Assembly: GCA_036677065.1 (NCBI GenBank)
Contig: JAKFBS010000004.1
Location: forward strand, 384,001 to 448,000
Reading direction: 5' to 3'
From: Bdellovibrio sp.
GTDB lineage: Bacteria > Bdellovibrionota > Bdellovibrionia > Bdellovibrionales > Bdellovibrionaceae
DNA: 64,000 nucleotides
The translations under genes were made by a program, and so were the position numbers. Each line of letters opens with the position of its first letter. The first letter of the stretch is position 1. Of this stretch, positions 19,695 to 29,819 are shown piece by piece. The notes below the pieces were generated by a model. The model saw only the letters and a program-made list of their open reading frames with translations. It searched no databases and was not told where the DNA came from.

Positions 19695-20630
19695 ATGGGG
19701 CACAAATATTTAATTGCCGCACTGTCGTTAGTTTTTTTAGCCACAAGTTGTGGTCCGATCAAAAATAAAAAAGAAGATGAACCTGTTGTTGAAGTCTCGG
19801 CCTTTAATTCTGGCTTTGGTGGCGGAATCTATTTCGATTCAAAAGAAAGTTACGCTCGTCTTGATTTAAGCACGGGAACAGTCGAAAATTTTTTATCAAG
19901 CGACCGTAACATGACCTCGGCATCTATTCAGGGCGATCGGTTTGTGACTGTGAAAAAATCTCGAAGTCATCCTGAAGTATTAGTCATTAATCGCAGTAAA
20001 GATGCGCTCGTGCGAATTTCGGTTCCTGAAAATCCAACAGGTACGCCGAAACTTTCGCGTGATGGCCAGTTTATTATTGTCGGCGGCATTGCGGGTGATA
20101 CTAAGATCTATAATCTAAATGGCCAGATTGTGATGAATCTTTACTCGAATATTTCAAGTTATGAGTGGTTAACTGACGGAAGAGTTATTTTTTCGCGATT
20201 CGGCACTTTATATATTCTAACTGCAGATTTTAAATCTTATAATGTATTTCGCGCCTTACCTGGAACGCCGAACTCTTTAGCGGTTAGTCCCGATGGCGGA
20301 AGAGTCGCTTTTTCTATGATTCATATGGGGTTGCCGCATATCTGGATTATGGACTTATCAGGCGCACTTCGCCAGGTTACAACTTCAGCGGTGGGCGAAA
20401 ATTATCCGGCTTGGTCGCCAGATGGAAGCCACCTTGTGTTAGCCAAAGGTAAAGTAGCTACGAAAGGCACGCCGAATTGTTTAGAACTATGGGTTGTGGG
20501 TGCTAATGCGGATACAGTCAGTGATTTAACTTCTGAAGGTTCGGCGAATACATTTCGCGTACGACAAAATGTATCTGGCCAAATTTCAGAAACATGTGCG
20601 CTGGCAGCCCCGGCATGGCGAAGAGACTAA
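19695..20630 (+). CDS. TolB-like beta-propeller lipoprotein
   Basis: Lipobox ATSC; PD40-type repeats (SPDGGRVAF, PAWSPDG); GGGGG RBS. Confidence 0.78.
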   Translation: MGHKYLIAALSLVFLATSCGPIKNKKEDEPVVEVSAFNSGFGGGIYFDSKESYARLDLSTGTVENFLSSDRNMTSASIQGDRFVTVKKSRSHPEVLVINRSKDALVRISVPENPTGTPKLSRDGQFIIVGGIAGDTKIYNLNGQIVMNLYSNISSYEWLTDGRVIFSRFGTLYILTADFKSYNVFRALPGTPNSLAVSPDGGRVAFSMIHMGLPHIWIMDLSGALRQVTTSAVGENYPAWSPDGSHLVLAKGKVATKGTPNCLELWVVGANADTVSDLTSEGSANTFRVRQNVSGQISETCALAAPAWRRD

Positions 20631-20631
20631 A

Positions 20632-21015
20632 TTAGTCTTGATCAGAACAGGCTTTGATATCTAATTTAATATTTTTATCAGACGCATCTTGTGGATAATC
20701 TGAAATGCGGTCGTAAGTTAATTTAATAAGAGCGCGTTCAGCGCGACATTCAAGGATTGTGAAAGTGCCATGATCTCCAGATGAATATCTATCATCAGCA
20801 GCTTTTTGCGCCGTTTTAATTAAAGCACAAACACCTTTAACGCTGCCTAAATAACATATGTTCGGAGCGCGGCTAAAACCGTCTTCCATAAAGCCTGAAT
20901 AAATGCTTGCTGTGATCTTGCCATCTTTTATTTTTGGATAATAAGATAAAATTTGCGTCGCTGACGCCACTTGCGCGAAGGCTAAAAATGCAGTTACGAA
21001 AATCAGATTTTTCAT
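20632..21015 (-). CDS. Secreted hypothetical protein
   Basis: AGGAG RBS before MKNLIF; signal peptide ending ASA. Confidence 0.7.
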   Translation of the reverse strand: MKNLIFVTAFLAFAQVASATQILSYYPKIKDGKITASIYSGFMEDGFSRAPNICYLGSVKGVCALIKTAQKAADDRYSSGDHGTFTILECRAERALIKLTYDRISDYPQDASDKNIKLDIKACSDQD

Positions 21016-21127
21016 GGCGGAACTCCTTGGTTCTTTGAACAGGCTCATATTAACACAAAATCACTGTGACTTGAGAGAGCCATTCTCGTCTTTGAAAAGG
21101 ATTACTGAACGTCAAAATGTTAGACGA

Positions 21128-21679
21128 TCACATCCATAAACAGGCGACACCAAAACCAATAAAAAGCACACTGGCTATACGATGCACCCACTTCATCGGT
21201 ATACGGTCGGTAAACCATTGGCCAAAATAGACGGCGGGAGCGTTGGCTAACATCATTCCAAGCGTAGTTCCAAAGGTTACAGCCGCAATAGAAGTGTATT
21301 TGGCTCCAAGGGCTACGGTGGCTAACTGAGTTTTATCACCCATTTCGGCAATGAAAAAAGCAATCAGGGTAGTCACAAATGCGCCGTAACGATCAGTCAT
21401 TTTCAGACCGTTATCTTTATCAGGAATTAAAACCCACAGACCAAAAATAATGAATGTGATCGCCAACAACCATCGCAAAGTGTACGGTGAAAAATAATTC
21501 GTGATAAAAGATCCAACGTAGCTGGCCAGGGCATGATTTAAAATCGTTGCGATAAAAATTCCGAAAAGGATTGGAATTGGTTTTCTAAATCTGGCGGCTA
21601 GAATTAATGCTAATAATTGGGTTTTGTCGCCCATTTCGCTGATAAAAACTAAAACTGTTGAATTGATGATAGCTTCCAT
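21128..21679 (-). CDS. UPF0016/TMEM165-GDT1 family Mn2+ transporter
   Basis: Two copies of EMGDKTQL; GAGG RBS; riboswitch upstream. Confidence 0.93.
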   Translation of the reverse strand: MEAIINSTVLVFISEMGDKTQLLALILAARFRKPIPILFGIFIATILNHALASYVGSFITNYFSPYTLRWLLAITFIIFGLWVLIPDKDNGLKMTDRYGAFVTTLIAFFIAEMGDKTQLATVALGAKYTSIAAVTFGTTLGMMLANAPAVYFGQWFTDRIPMKWVHRIASVLFIGFGVACLWM

Positions 21680-21767
21680 TTGTAACCTCACAAGTCTTGC
21701 CGTGAGATCGAAAGCCTTTGACTAAAGAGTGAAAGACATAAGACGACACGGGCGTTATTAAAACACC

Positions 21768-21870
21768 GATGTCAGTCTCGTCGAAAAAGATTTTTATCTT
21801 TTCAGATGTGCCGGGGGTTATACCCAGTATGTCGACACAGCTCTTGTTAAAACAAGTGACTACTCCCTAA
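21768..21870 (-). ncRNA. yybP-ykoY manganese riboswitch
   Basis: Minus strand reads UAGGGAGUAG...GUCGACAUAC...CGACGAGACU, matching the conserved segments; lies 5' of a UPF0016 gene; boundaries approximate. Confidence 0.85.
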
Positions 21871-21982
21871 CTGTTTTTAATTTAAAATAAACCGCGTTAA
21901 AACGCAAGGCCTTACCTGTAATGGCATTTTTTGTTTAAACTGTACCTTGTACGTAAGCTTAAGGTTACTTAGAATTAGTTGT

Positions 21983-22663
21983 ATGAGCCCATTTCGCCGC
22001 GGTTTTAAAGGTATGCTGCCAATCGTTCCAGGAATTATTCCTTTTGGTGCGGTCATGGGAACTGTCAGTGCCGATGCCCATTTAAATTTTTTTCAAACAG
22101 TATCGATGAATTTTTTAGTGTTTGCAGGCGCATCGCAACTTGCTGCGATTGATTTAATGAATCAGCAAGCGGCGGTTATCGTTGTTGTTGCGACCGGATT
22201 AATTATTAATTTACGTTTTTTACTTTATAGCGCGGCAATGTCGCCGATTGTGCAGCAAGAAAGTTTTATAAAAAAGTTTATCACCGCGTATTGTGTTACT
22301 GATCAAAGTTATGCGGTGATGATCTCTGAGCAAGATCGTTTTAAATCCAATCACGAAGCTATACAGTTTTACTTGGGATCATGCCTATGCATGGTGATCG
22401 TGTGGCAATCATCGGTAATCGCTGGATTTATCTTCGGAAATTTTGCACCTAAATCATTATCTTTAGATTATGCGATTCCTTTAAGTTTTGTGGCTTTACT
22501 TATGCCGACACTTAAAAATTCGAAGTACGTGATTGTAGCGATTTTTTCGGCTGTGGCGTCTTTGTTATTACAGCAAATGCCTTTTAAAACGGGATTAATT
22601 GCGACAGCGATTTTAGGAATCTGTTTAGCGTTATTTTTAACTCGTAAAAAGGCGGCGAAATGA
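21983..22663 (+). CDS. azlC: AzlC family branched-chain amino acid exporter subunit
   Basis: VFAGASQ, INLRFLLYS and TDQSYA motifs. Confidence 0.9.
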   Translation: MSPFRRGFKGMLPIVPGIIPFGAVMGTVSADAHLNFFQTVSMNFLVFAGASQLAAIDLMNQQAAVIVVVATGLIINLRFLLYSAAMSPIVQQESFIKKFITAYCVTDQSYAVMISEQDRFKSNHEAIQFYLGSCLCMVIVWQSSVIAGFIFGNFAPKSLSLDYAIPLSFVALLMPTLKNSKYVIVAIFSAVASLLLQQMPFKTGLIATAILGICLALFLTRKKAAK

Positions 22664-22983
22664 TTCCTCAAGGCTATTACTGGTTAAATATAGCTTTATT
22701 GGCGGTTGGAACTATCGCCATTCGCGGATCAATCATTGCTCTTTCTGCACGGGTAAAAATTTCTGACCGATTAAAAGAATTATTCACATTTATTCCGGCA
22801 GCTATTTTACCGGCCTTTATCGCGCCAGCGGTGTTCTTTCATCAAGGCGAAGTGTCATGGATGATGGGTAAAGAACGTGTCGTGGTGCTAATCTTAGCTG
22901 CTATTTTATGTTGGGTGACCCGCAGCACACTGGCAACGGTGGGTTTTGGTTTACTTGCGCTTTACCTTTTTACTAACTTTTGA
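22660..22983 (+). CDS. azlD: AzlD family membrane protein
   Basis: Small hydrophobic ORF coupled to azlC by ATGA overlap; FIPAAILPA. Confidence 0.85.
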   Translation: MIPQGYYWLNIALLAVGTIAIRGSIIALSARVKISDRLKELFTFIPAAILPAFIAPAVFFHQGEVSWMMGKERVVVLILAAILCWVTRSTLATVGFGLLALYLFTNF

Positions 22984-23709
22984 TTTTTTGTTTTTATCTC
23001 GAAGCCCTTTAGCAAAGACTTGCGCTTCAGTTTTTAACTCTTGGCTGATGGCATGCCACTCAACATTTTCTAGCGCGCCAATAAGAGCGTAAGCAAAAAT
23101 TGAATGATTATTTTTAGGATTTACTTCGCATAACTTTTGAAAAGTTTTTTTCCAACCTAATTTCATAAACTGTGCGGGCGTTTTGATTCCAGCTTTAGTA
23201 AAAGTGTTGACCGTGGCGGGGCCAAGATTTTTAAAATCAGTAATAAATTTAATTTTATCTTTTTTCTCGGCGATAGTTTCATCGCGAAACATACGCGGTT
23301 TTCGCATATCTGCAGTCGAAACTTTTTCAACTTTAACGGGCTTATTTACTTTTTTTTCAGCTTTTTTCTTGCGGTCGGGGATAGTGCCAAACAAAGTTTG
23401 CGGTTTGGCTAATTCGCGAATAACTTTTTTAGCATGGTCTTCAAAGTCTTCATCACTTAAAGATAAATAAAGCCATTTTGGTAAAATGCTATGGTTGACT
23501 AAAAATGGAAAAGCTTTCAGAAGCTTGGGATGATGTTCTTTTTCAGCCGGAAACATACAACCATTCCAGCGGTCGGAACTGCCCTCAAAGAGGATGAGCT
23601 TTAAAAAAGGGCCATCATAATAAGCAAATCCACCGAACATAGCGCGGCGGTTAAAGCTTTCTGGCAGCTGATCTTCAATCCATTGCAATTCATTAAGAGT
23701 TTTGGCCAT
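22951..23709 (-). CDS. TfoX/Sxy family protein (N- and C-terminal TfoX-like domains, Lys-rich linker)
   Basis: RAMFGGFAYY (TfoX_N); NLGP....KAGI.T and YALIGALENVEW (TfoX_C). Confidence 0.8.
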   Translation of the reverse strand: MAKTLNELQWIEDQLPESFNRRAMFGGFAYYDGPFLKLILFEGSSDRWNGCMFPAEKEHHPKLLKAFPFLVNHSILPKWLYLSLSDEDFEDHAKKVIRELAKPQTLFGTIPDRKKKAEKKVNKPVKVEKVSTADMRKPRMFRDETIAEKKDKIKFITDFKNLGPATVNTFTKAGIKTPAQFMKLGWKKTFQKLCEVNPKNNHSIFAYALIGALENVEWHAISQELKTEAQVFAKGLRDKNKKSKVSKKVKRK

Positions 23710-23794
23710 AGGTTATTCATAACTAAAAAATCTCTTTTACTCAAAAAGATTTAACATCTAGAGTTAATGTATTAGCTACTTTTAAGGAGATCTT

Positions 23795-24679
23795 ATGATT
23801 AAACAGCTTGGTTTGGCGCTTACGACCGTATTTATGTGTTCTTGTTCATCACTTCCACAAAGTGAAGTCTATTCTGCAAACTCAAAAGGGTCGACCGGTA
23901 ATCCGAAAGAGATCGTATTTATTCACGGTATGTTTATGACTCCAGACAACTGGACTGAGTGGCAAAAATATTTTACTCAAAACGGCTATAAAACATCAGC
24001 CCCGGCTTGGCCTCAGCATGATAAGTCAGTGGCTGAAATGAATGATCCAAAAAACTATGATGCTTTAGCCAAAGTCACATTAGAAGATGTGCTTAATCAT
24101 TACCGTCAAATTTTACGCGAGAAAAAAGTAAAACCTATTTTGATCGGGCATTCAATGGGTGGCCTAGTGTCACAGATTTTATTAAGCGAAAATTTGGCAT
24201 CAGCTGCTGTGGTTTTAGATTCAGCTCCGCCGCGCGGGGTATTTATCATCAGTACAACTTTTTTAAGCGCTAACTGGAAAATCATTACTCCGTTTGCCAG
24301 CAGAAATAAACCGATCGTGCAAGATCAAGAAAGTTTTGCAGCTAGCTTTTGTAATGCGCAATCTGAAGCCGAACAAAAAAGAATTTATTCGACATTTGCG
24401 GTGCCAGAATCAAAACGCGTTGGTCTTGGCCCATTAACAAAAGTGGGTTCACTGAATGAAGAGAATGCACGTGGACCTTTATTGTTAGTGGCGGGCAGTG
24501 AAGATCGTATTATTCCAGCGCGCTTAACTTATGAAAATTTTGAAATCTATGAAGATACTCCAGGTTACACTGAATTTTATTTGGCAGATGGAAAAGATCA
24601 CTGTCTGATGTTAACTCAAGGTTGGGAATCTTTAGCCGAAACTTCGCGTTTATGGTTAGAAAAACAACTGGTGAAATAA
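23795..24679 (+). CDS. Alpha/beta hydrolase lipoprotein
   Basis: Lipobox-like CSC; IHGMF, GHSMGG, AGSEDRII and KDH. Confidence 0.85.
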   Translation: MIKQLGLALTTVFMCSCSSLPQSEVYSANSKGSTGNPKEIVFIHGMFMTPDNWTEWQKYFTQNGYKTSAPAWPQHDKSVAEMNDPKNYDALAKVTLEDVLNHYRQILREKKVKPILIGHSMGGLVSQILLSENLASAAVVLDSAPPRGVFIISTTFLSANWKIITPFASRNKPIVQDQESFAASFCNAQSEAEQKRIYSTFAVPESKRVGLGPLTKVGSLNEENARGPLLLVAGSEDRIIPARLTYENFEIYEDTPGYTEFYLADGKDHCLMLTQGWESLAETSRLWLEKQLVK

Positions 24680-25173
24680 TGAATTCAATCGTTGTGCAAT
24701 GGAAATTTGATTCAAGCGTTGGTCCTATTTACCTAGAGGCCAGCGAAACGGGCTTGCGCGGCTGTCATCTTGAAAAACAAAAAACACCTGTGCTTAAATC
24801 CTTAAGCGAAGCAGGTCTTGCTAAAAAGTTTTTGGTTCAGGCTGAAAGTGAAATCACCGAATACTTAAACGGCGATCGAAAAAAGTTTACTGTGAAACTA
24901 GAAATCATCGGCACTGATTTTCAAAAACAAGTTTGGCAGCAGTTACAGCAAATTCCTTTTGGTAAATCGCTGTCGTATAAAGAGCTTGCCGAAAATATCA
25001 AAAATCCAAAAGCAGTGCGCGCTGTCGGAACAGCCAACGGCCGAAATAACTTTTGTATTATTATTCCATGTCACCGGGTGATTGCCGCTGATGGCACTTT
25101 AGGTGGTTATTCAGGTGGATTACCATTTAAGAAAAAATTATTACAGTTAGAGAATATCGCCTACCAAGACTAA
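24679..25173 (+). CDS. ogt: Methylated-DNA-protein-cysteine methyltransferase
   Basis: GTDFQKQVW, RAVGTANGRN and the IPCHRV active site. Confidence 0.93.
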   Translation: MNSIVVQWKFDSSVGPIYLEASETGLRGCHLEKQKTPVLKSLSEAGLAKKFLVQAESEITEYLNGDRKKFTVKLEIIGTDFQKQVWQQLQQIPFGKSLSYKELAENIKNPKAVRAVGTANGRNNFCIIIPCHRVIAADGTLGGYSGGLPFKKKLLQLENIAYQD

Positions 25174-25279
25174 ACTGATCTATATATTTGAATAATTTCT
25201 GTCCAGATTTGAGATTTTGGCCCTTGTTCAAGACCAAGGGCCCGTTTAATAAAGTCGCAAAAATTACGATAATTAACCC

Positions 25280-26317
25280 ATGATATCACTATGGATTACC
25301 GTCGGCCTTATCATTTCTGCAGTTCTGGTTTCATCACTAGGAGCTTACTTCTCTATTATCGGGATCGGGGCCTTATTTAGCGGAGCTTTAATTGCCGTGT
25401 GCTTAATGGCTGGATCGTTAGAATTTGCTAAGTTCGTCTTGGCGGCGTACCTTCACCAAACTTGGAAAAATCTTAATTTCGTTTTTAAAATTTACATGAC
25501 TTTTGCTGTCATCACATTAAGTGCGATCACCAGTATCGGGGTGTTCGGATTTTTATCTGACGCTTACCAATCAGCTTCTACAGTTCTAGAAGGTGAAACC
25601 ATCAAATTAGAAAATGTAAAAAAACAGCAGGAAATGATCACCGCTGAAATTGAACGTTTAAACTATTCTGTTGAAGAGATTCCAGAAGAGCGTATGTCGA
25701 AAAGGCTTGCGGCACGTCAGGCGATTGAACCTCGTATTTTAGAGCTTAATAAAAAATACGCTGACAACGAAAAAATCGTGACTGATTCGCAGTTGCAAAT
25801 TTTAGAAGTAAAGAAAAAAGTAGGACCCTTAATTTACATTTCTCGTAATTTTAATGTGCCGATTGATAAAGTGGTTCAGTACTTAATATTAATTTTCGTG
25901 AGCGTATTTGATCCATTGGCGATTTGTTTGGTTATCGCTTCGACGTATTCGATTGAATCACGTAAGAACAAACATTTAGTAAAACACATGGAACAAATGC
26001 AAGAAGCTGAGTTAGAAGCTAAGCTTGCCGCCGCAAGACAGGCAGCAGCTCAGCAAATGAGTGCAACGGCAACAGAAGTAGCCCAGATGACAGCAACAGT
26101 TGAAGCCGCCGCGCAAGCGAACGTGCAACAAGCAGTTAATGAAGTCGTTACAGAACAGAAAGAAGTGGCTGCAGTAGAAGCTGAGCATTCAAAAGCTGTC
26201 GCGGCAGAAGCTGTTCATCCAGAAAATGTGGCTACAGAAGACGACGTTATTGTACAAATGAATTTTAAAGATGAAGTTGCAACTGAGCCAGTCGTAAAAG
26301 ACGATAAAGTGGTTTAA
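25280..26317 (+). CDS. Membrane protein with coiled coil, resembling a widespread phage-encoded membrane family
   Basis: AYFSIIG...SLEFAK...ITSIGVFGFLS, coiled coil, KVGPLIY, FDPLAI; Ala/Glu-rich tail. Confidence 0.6.
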   Translation: MISLWITVGLIISAVLVSSLGAYFSIIGIGALFSGALIAVCLMAGSLEFAKFVLAAYLHQTWKNLNFVFKIYMTFAVITLSAITSIGVFGFLSDAYQSASTVLEGETIKLENVKKQQEMITAEIERLNYSVEEIPEERMSKRLAARQAIEPRILELNKKYADNEKIVTDSQLQILEVKKKVGPLIYISRNFNVPIDKVVQYLILIFVSVFDPLAICLVIASTYSIESRKNKHLVKHMEQMQEAELEAKLAAARQAAAQQMSATATEVAQMTATVEAAAQANVQQAVNEVVTEQKEVAAVEAEHSKAVAAEAVHPENVATEDDVIVQMNFKDEVATEPVVKDDKVV

Positions 26318-26320
26318 GCT

Positions 26321-27184
26321 ATGATCATTGTTACCAAGTTTTTAGAACGCAAATGGGTTATTCAGCTGTTCGGTCTTGGACTGATTATTGCTCCATTTGT
26401 GAATATTCTAATTCAATTCTTGGTGTTGAATTCTAAATCGGGCATTTCTTGGCGCTATATCAGTATTTCTTCATATTTAATGAGCGGTTCGATTGCTAAT
26501 TACATTTTAGCAATTGGCAGTGTGGTCATTGGCGGTATTATGCTATCGGGTTCAACCAAAGCCTGGAAAGCGGTTTTACTTTTAGTCGGAACACACTTGC
26601 TAGTTCAAATTTTAAATTATAAATCTAAAGAATGGAACGGAACCCTTGGATGGGGAGCCTTTGCCGTCAATCTTTCGGTGTTTTTATTTATCGCTGATCA
26701 ATTAGTCTGGCGCGTGAAAACTAAAGAAGAAATTTTTGCTGAAGCGATGGAAAAAGCAGCTGCTTTAATTCCTAAAGCGAAAGCTGAAGTGAAAATTCCA
26801 GTAACAGCCACTCCAGAGGTTACTCCTGCGTCAGCTGCTTCAGTAGCAGCGCCTGCAGAAGCAGGTTTTGTTTTAGGCGCGGGCAGTTCGATCGAAAAGA
26901 TTTTACATTTGAAATCATACAAGAAAATATTTTTTAGTTTTGGCAGCGATCGCCCCTGGGGCCGTTTGATGACTTTAAACAGTCATCAATTAATCGTAAA
27001 CTGTTTTGCGGCAGCGCCTGAATCCATTGAAAATAAAGTCGTGGCTATCAGTTTTACTAAAAATTTAGTGATCGATATTAAATTTGACCGAAAAGAGAGT
27101 AATTTGTATTACTTTACTCCCTTAGATATGACACCAGCTCGTGTTTCTGAATTAAACCTATGGCTTAAAAAGATTGCTGTCTAG
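26321..27184 (+). CDS. Membrane protein (4 TM) with a small C-terminal soluble domain
   Basis: Hydrophobic N-half, Ala/Pro linker, beta-rich C-terminus. Confidence 0.6.
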   Translation: MIIVTKFLERKWVIQLFGLGLIIAPFVNILIQFLVLNSKSGISWRYISISSYLMSGSIANYILAIGSVVIGGIMLSGSTKAWKAVLLLVGTHLLVQILNYKSKEWNGTLGWGAFAVNLSVFLFIADQLVWRVKTKEEIFAEAMEKAAALIPKAKAEVKIPVTATPEVTPASAASVAAPAEAGFVLGAGSSIEKILHLKSYKKIFFSFGSDRPWGRLMTLNSHQLIVNCFAAAPESIENKVVAISFTKNLVIDIKFDRKESNLYYFTPLDMTPARVSELNLWLKKIAV

Positions 27185-27185
27185 T

Positions 27186-27545
27186 TTATTTAACTGCAGT
27201 GGCAGCTACTGCTGGAGCCTGAGCTTTTAATTTGTTGGCCTGTTTCACGATCATAAATAAAACAAATGCGATAATTAAAAAATCAATTAAAGCCTGTAAG
27301 AAATTGCCATAGGCAAGAACCGCCGCACCTTTAGTTTTAGCTTCTTCGATAGTTAAATACGTATTGCCATCTAAAGCGATAAATTGCTGAGTTACGTTGA
27401 CGCCTTTCATGACAAGACCAATTAGCGGCATTAGAATATCATTTACTAAAGAGTTAACGATTTTACCGAAGGCAGCTCCGATAATTACCCCAACAGCTAA
27501 ATCCATCACATTGCCTTGTGCTAAAAACTTTTTAAATTCTCCCAT
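27186..27545 (-). CDS. mscL: Large-conductance mechanosensitive channel
   Basis: EFKKFLAQGNVMDLAVGVIIGAAFGKIV and YGNFLQALIDFLIIAF; AGGAG RBS. Confidence 0.97.
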   Translation of the reverse strand: MGEFKKFLAQGNVMDLAVGVIIGAAFGKIVNSLVNDILMPLIGLVMKGVNVTQQFIALDGNTYLTIEEAKTKGAAVLAYGNFLQALIDFLIIAFVLFMIVKQANKLKAQAPAVAATAVK

Positions 27546-27707
27546 AAATATATTCTCCTTTAGCAGACAGCTTAGAACAGGCATCATGAAATACAAGGAT
27601 TAGTTCCGTAAACGGGCGGAGCGAATTGTCAGAATGTCTTATGCTTAGACACTGATAGCAAATATAATGATTATAAACTCGGAACAGCACGTGCATAGTT
27701 AATCACC

Positions 27708-28337
27708 ATGCATGTTTATAGTTTGAAATCTATTTTAAGTCTTTCACTAGTTATGGCGTTTGCTTCAGTAGGATTAGCTGCTGGCAAGTCTAATCTGGTT
27801 AAGCCAAGTAAAATGGATGGCGCTACGTACTGCCAAGATCAAGAAAAATTAAAAACCTTAACTGCAATTGTGCATTTAGATGAGCGCAACAGAATTGATC
27901 GTATCGTTATTCAAAAGAGCACTAAACAATTACATTTATTAAGCCAAGGCCGAATCTATAAAACCTATAACGTGGCTTTTGGTTTTGGGTTTTTACAAGG
28001 TAATAAAGTCAAAATGAAAGACGGGCGTACGCCAGAAGGTCTTTATCACGTAGAACTTAAAAATGCACAGTCAGCCTATCATAGAGCCTTACGAGTTTCT
28101 TACCCAAACGCTAATGATGTAGCCTTTGCTAAAGCTCATAGAGTAAACCCTGGCTCAGACATCATGATTCATGGTTTTCCGAGCGCTAAAAACAAAGACT
28201 TTGCCCGTTGGGCTTTATCAGAAACACACCCGAAATTTGATTGGACGCAAGGTTGTATCGCGGTCACTGATAAAGAAATAGAAGAGATTTTTTCGTTAGT
28301 TAGCGTTAACACCGCTATAGAAATCTGCCCGCGCTGA
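27708..28337 (+). CDS. Secreted L,D-transpeptidase (YkuD) family protein
   Basis: DGRTPEGLY, SYPN, IMIHG and DWTQGCIAV catalytic motif. Confidence 0.9.
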   Translation: MHVYSLKSILSLSLVMAFASVGLAAGKSNLVKPSKMDGATYCQDQEKLKTLTAIVHLDERNRIDRIVIQKSTKQLHLLSQGRIYKTYNVAFGFGFLQGNKVKMKDGRTPEGLYHVELKNAQSAYHRALRVSYPNANDVAFAKAHRVNPGSDIMIHGFPSAKNKDFARWALSETHPKFDWTQGCIAVTDKEIEEIFSLVSVNTAIEICPR

Positions 28338-28466
28338 TTAAACAACGCGATCGTGTCAAAAAGTTTACCATCACCCATTACACCTAATTCAATATAAGGC
28401 CAAGGCAACTGGTCCTGATATTGGAATGTATTCATACATAACTTTAAAAAACAAAGGTGTGTCATA

Positions 28467-29798
28467 ATGAAACATTCAGTAATTATCAGAAATTTAGTGT
28501 TACTAAGCCTAGTTTCAACATCAGTAAGCCCTGCTTGGTCACATGTAAATGGTAAAGACACCTACCGCGTAGAGATCACGATGGATCAAGCAGCCCGCGA
28601 ATCATTAAAATCAAAAGATAAAGTTGAAGTTTCAGAAGCAAACTTAAAAGTCTATTCTGAAGGTCAGTTAACTGATGAAGAGCAAGTATCAGTATCAACT
28701 CGCGGCCAAAGTTCATTAAAATTTCCGCGTAAAAACTTTGCTGTAAAAGCCCTTAAAGAAGCTGACGGCGAAAAGAAAAAACTTAAAGTTGGCGGTATTA
28801 AATCAAAAAGCATTACGATGTCAGCCAGCCCCGAAGATTTATTGTTTGTAAAAAATAGCATCGGTTACAGTTTATTAAAAGCTATCGGCATTCATTCGTT
28901 AAAAACTCAGTTTGCTGAAGTAAAATTAAATGGTGTTTCGCAAGGGTTATATATGTTAACCGAGAACCAAACAGACAATTTAATGAAAGAGCAAGATGCT
29001 GAAATCGTTATTCGCCGCAGATATAATGATGCCCTAGAAGTTAAAGATGCTAAAAAAGAATTATCTGAAGCAGATGTTTTAAAATACCAAGCTACTTTAA
29101 AAAGCGTTCATAAATCTATTCGTGAAATGCAAGGCAGCCACTTAATTGCAACACTCGAGAAAAATTTAAATCTTAAAAATTACTTAAAGTGGTTAGCTTT
29201 TAATTATATCGTTAAAAACGGCGACTATTCAGATGAAGTTTATTTCTATGGTAAAAAGAATGCTGCCGGTGAAATTTATTTCGATGTTTCTCCGTGGGAT
29301 ATGGATGATTCGTTTTCTGACAAAATGCACTTAAGTGGTTTTCCCGGTGGTCCGAATTACCATATGACCGAGAATTCTCAGAAACAAATGATTTATAACT
29401 ACGAAAGCCGTATCGACCGCAAAGTTGCAGGTGATGCCAAGTTATTACGTATGTACTTTGAAGCCATGGATGAAGTGGTCAGCACTTTATCACAAAATGA
29501 TGTGCTTTTTAATATTCAGCAAAAGATCTTGGGTAATTTAGCTCCTTATATTCAAGATGCAGATATTCAGGCAAATGGTTTATTAGACTCTGTTCAAACT
29601 CGCCATACGCCTGCAGCCATTGAAGACAGTGTGAAAATCAAAATGGCTAAAATCCAATTACGCATGCAAGAAGTTAAAGAAGAACTTGAAGTGATTAAAA
29701 CTGAAGAAAACCTGAATCACCGCGTACTTGATTTGTCTGGTTTAAGAAAAGTTCTAATTAAAATTGATAACGTTTTATTAAGACATTTTACAAAATAG
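28467..29798 (+). CDS. Secreted CotH-family kinase
   Basis: Signal peptide; RGQSS..FPRKNF, NGVSQGLY.L.E, NGDY and PWDMDDSF. Confidence 0.8.
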   Translation: MKHSVIIRNLVLLSLVSTSVSPAWSHVNGKDTYRVEITMDQAARESLKSKDKVEVSEANLKVYSEGQLTDEEQVSVSTRGQSSLKFPRKNFAVKALKEADGEKKKLKVGGIKSKSITMSASPEDLLFVKNSIGYSLLKAIGIHSLKTQFAEVKLNGVSQGLYMLTENQTDNLMKEQDAEIVIRRRYNDALEVKDAKKELSEADVLKYQATLKSVHKSIREMQGSHLIATLEKNLNLKNYLKWLAFNYIVKNGDYSDEVYFYGKKNAAGEIYFDVSPWDMDDSFSDKMHLSGFPGGPNYHMTENSQKQMIYNYESRIDRKVAGDAKLLRMYFEAMDEVVSTLSQNDVLFNIQQKILGNLAPYIQDADIQANGLLDSVQTRHTPAAIEDSVKIKMAKIQLRMQEVKEELEVIKTEENLNHRVLDLSGLRKVLIKIDNVLLRHFTK

Positions 29799-29819
29799 TA
29801 TTTTAACGGAGTTTCGCCC

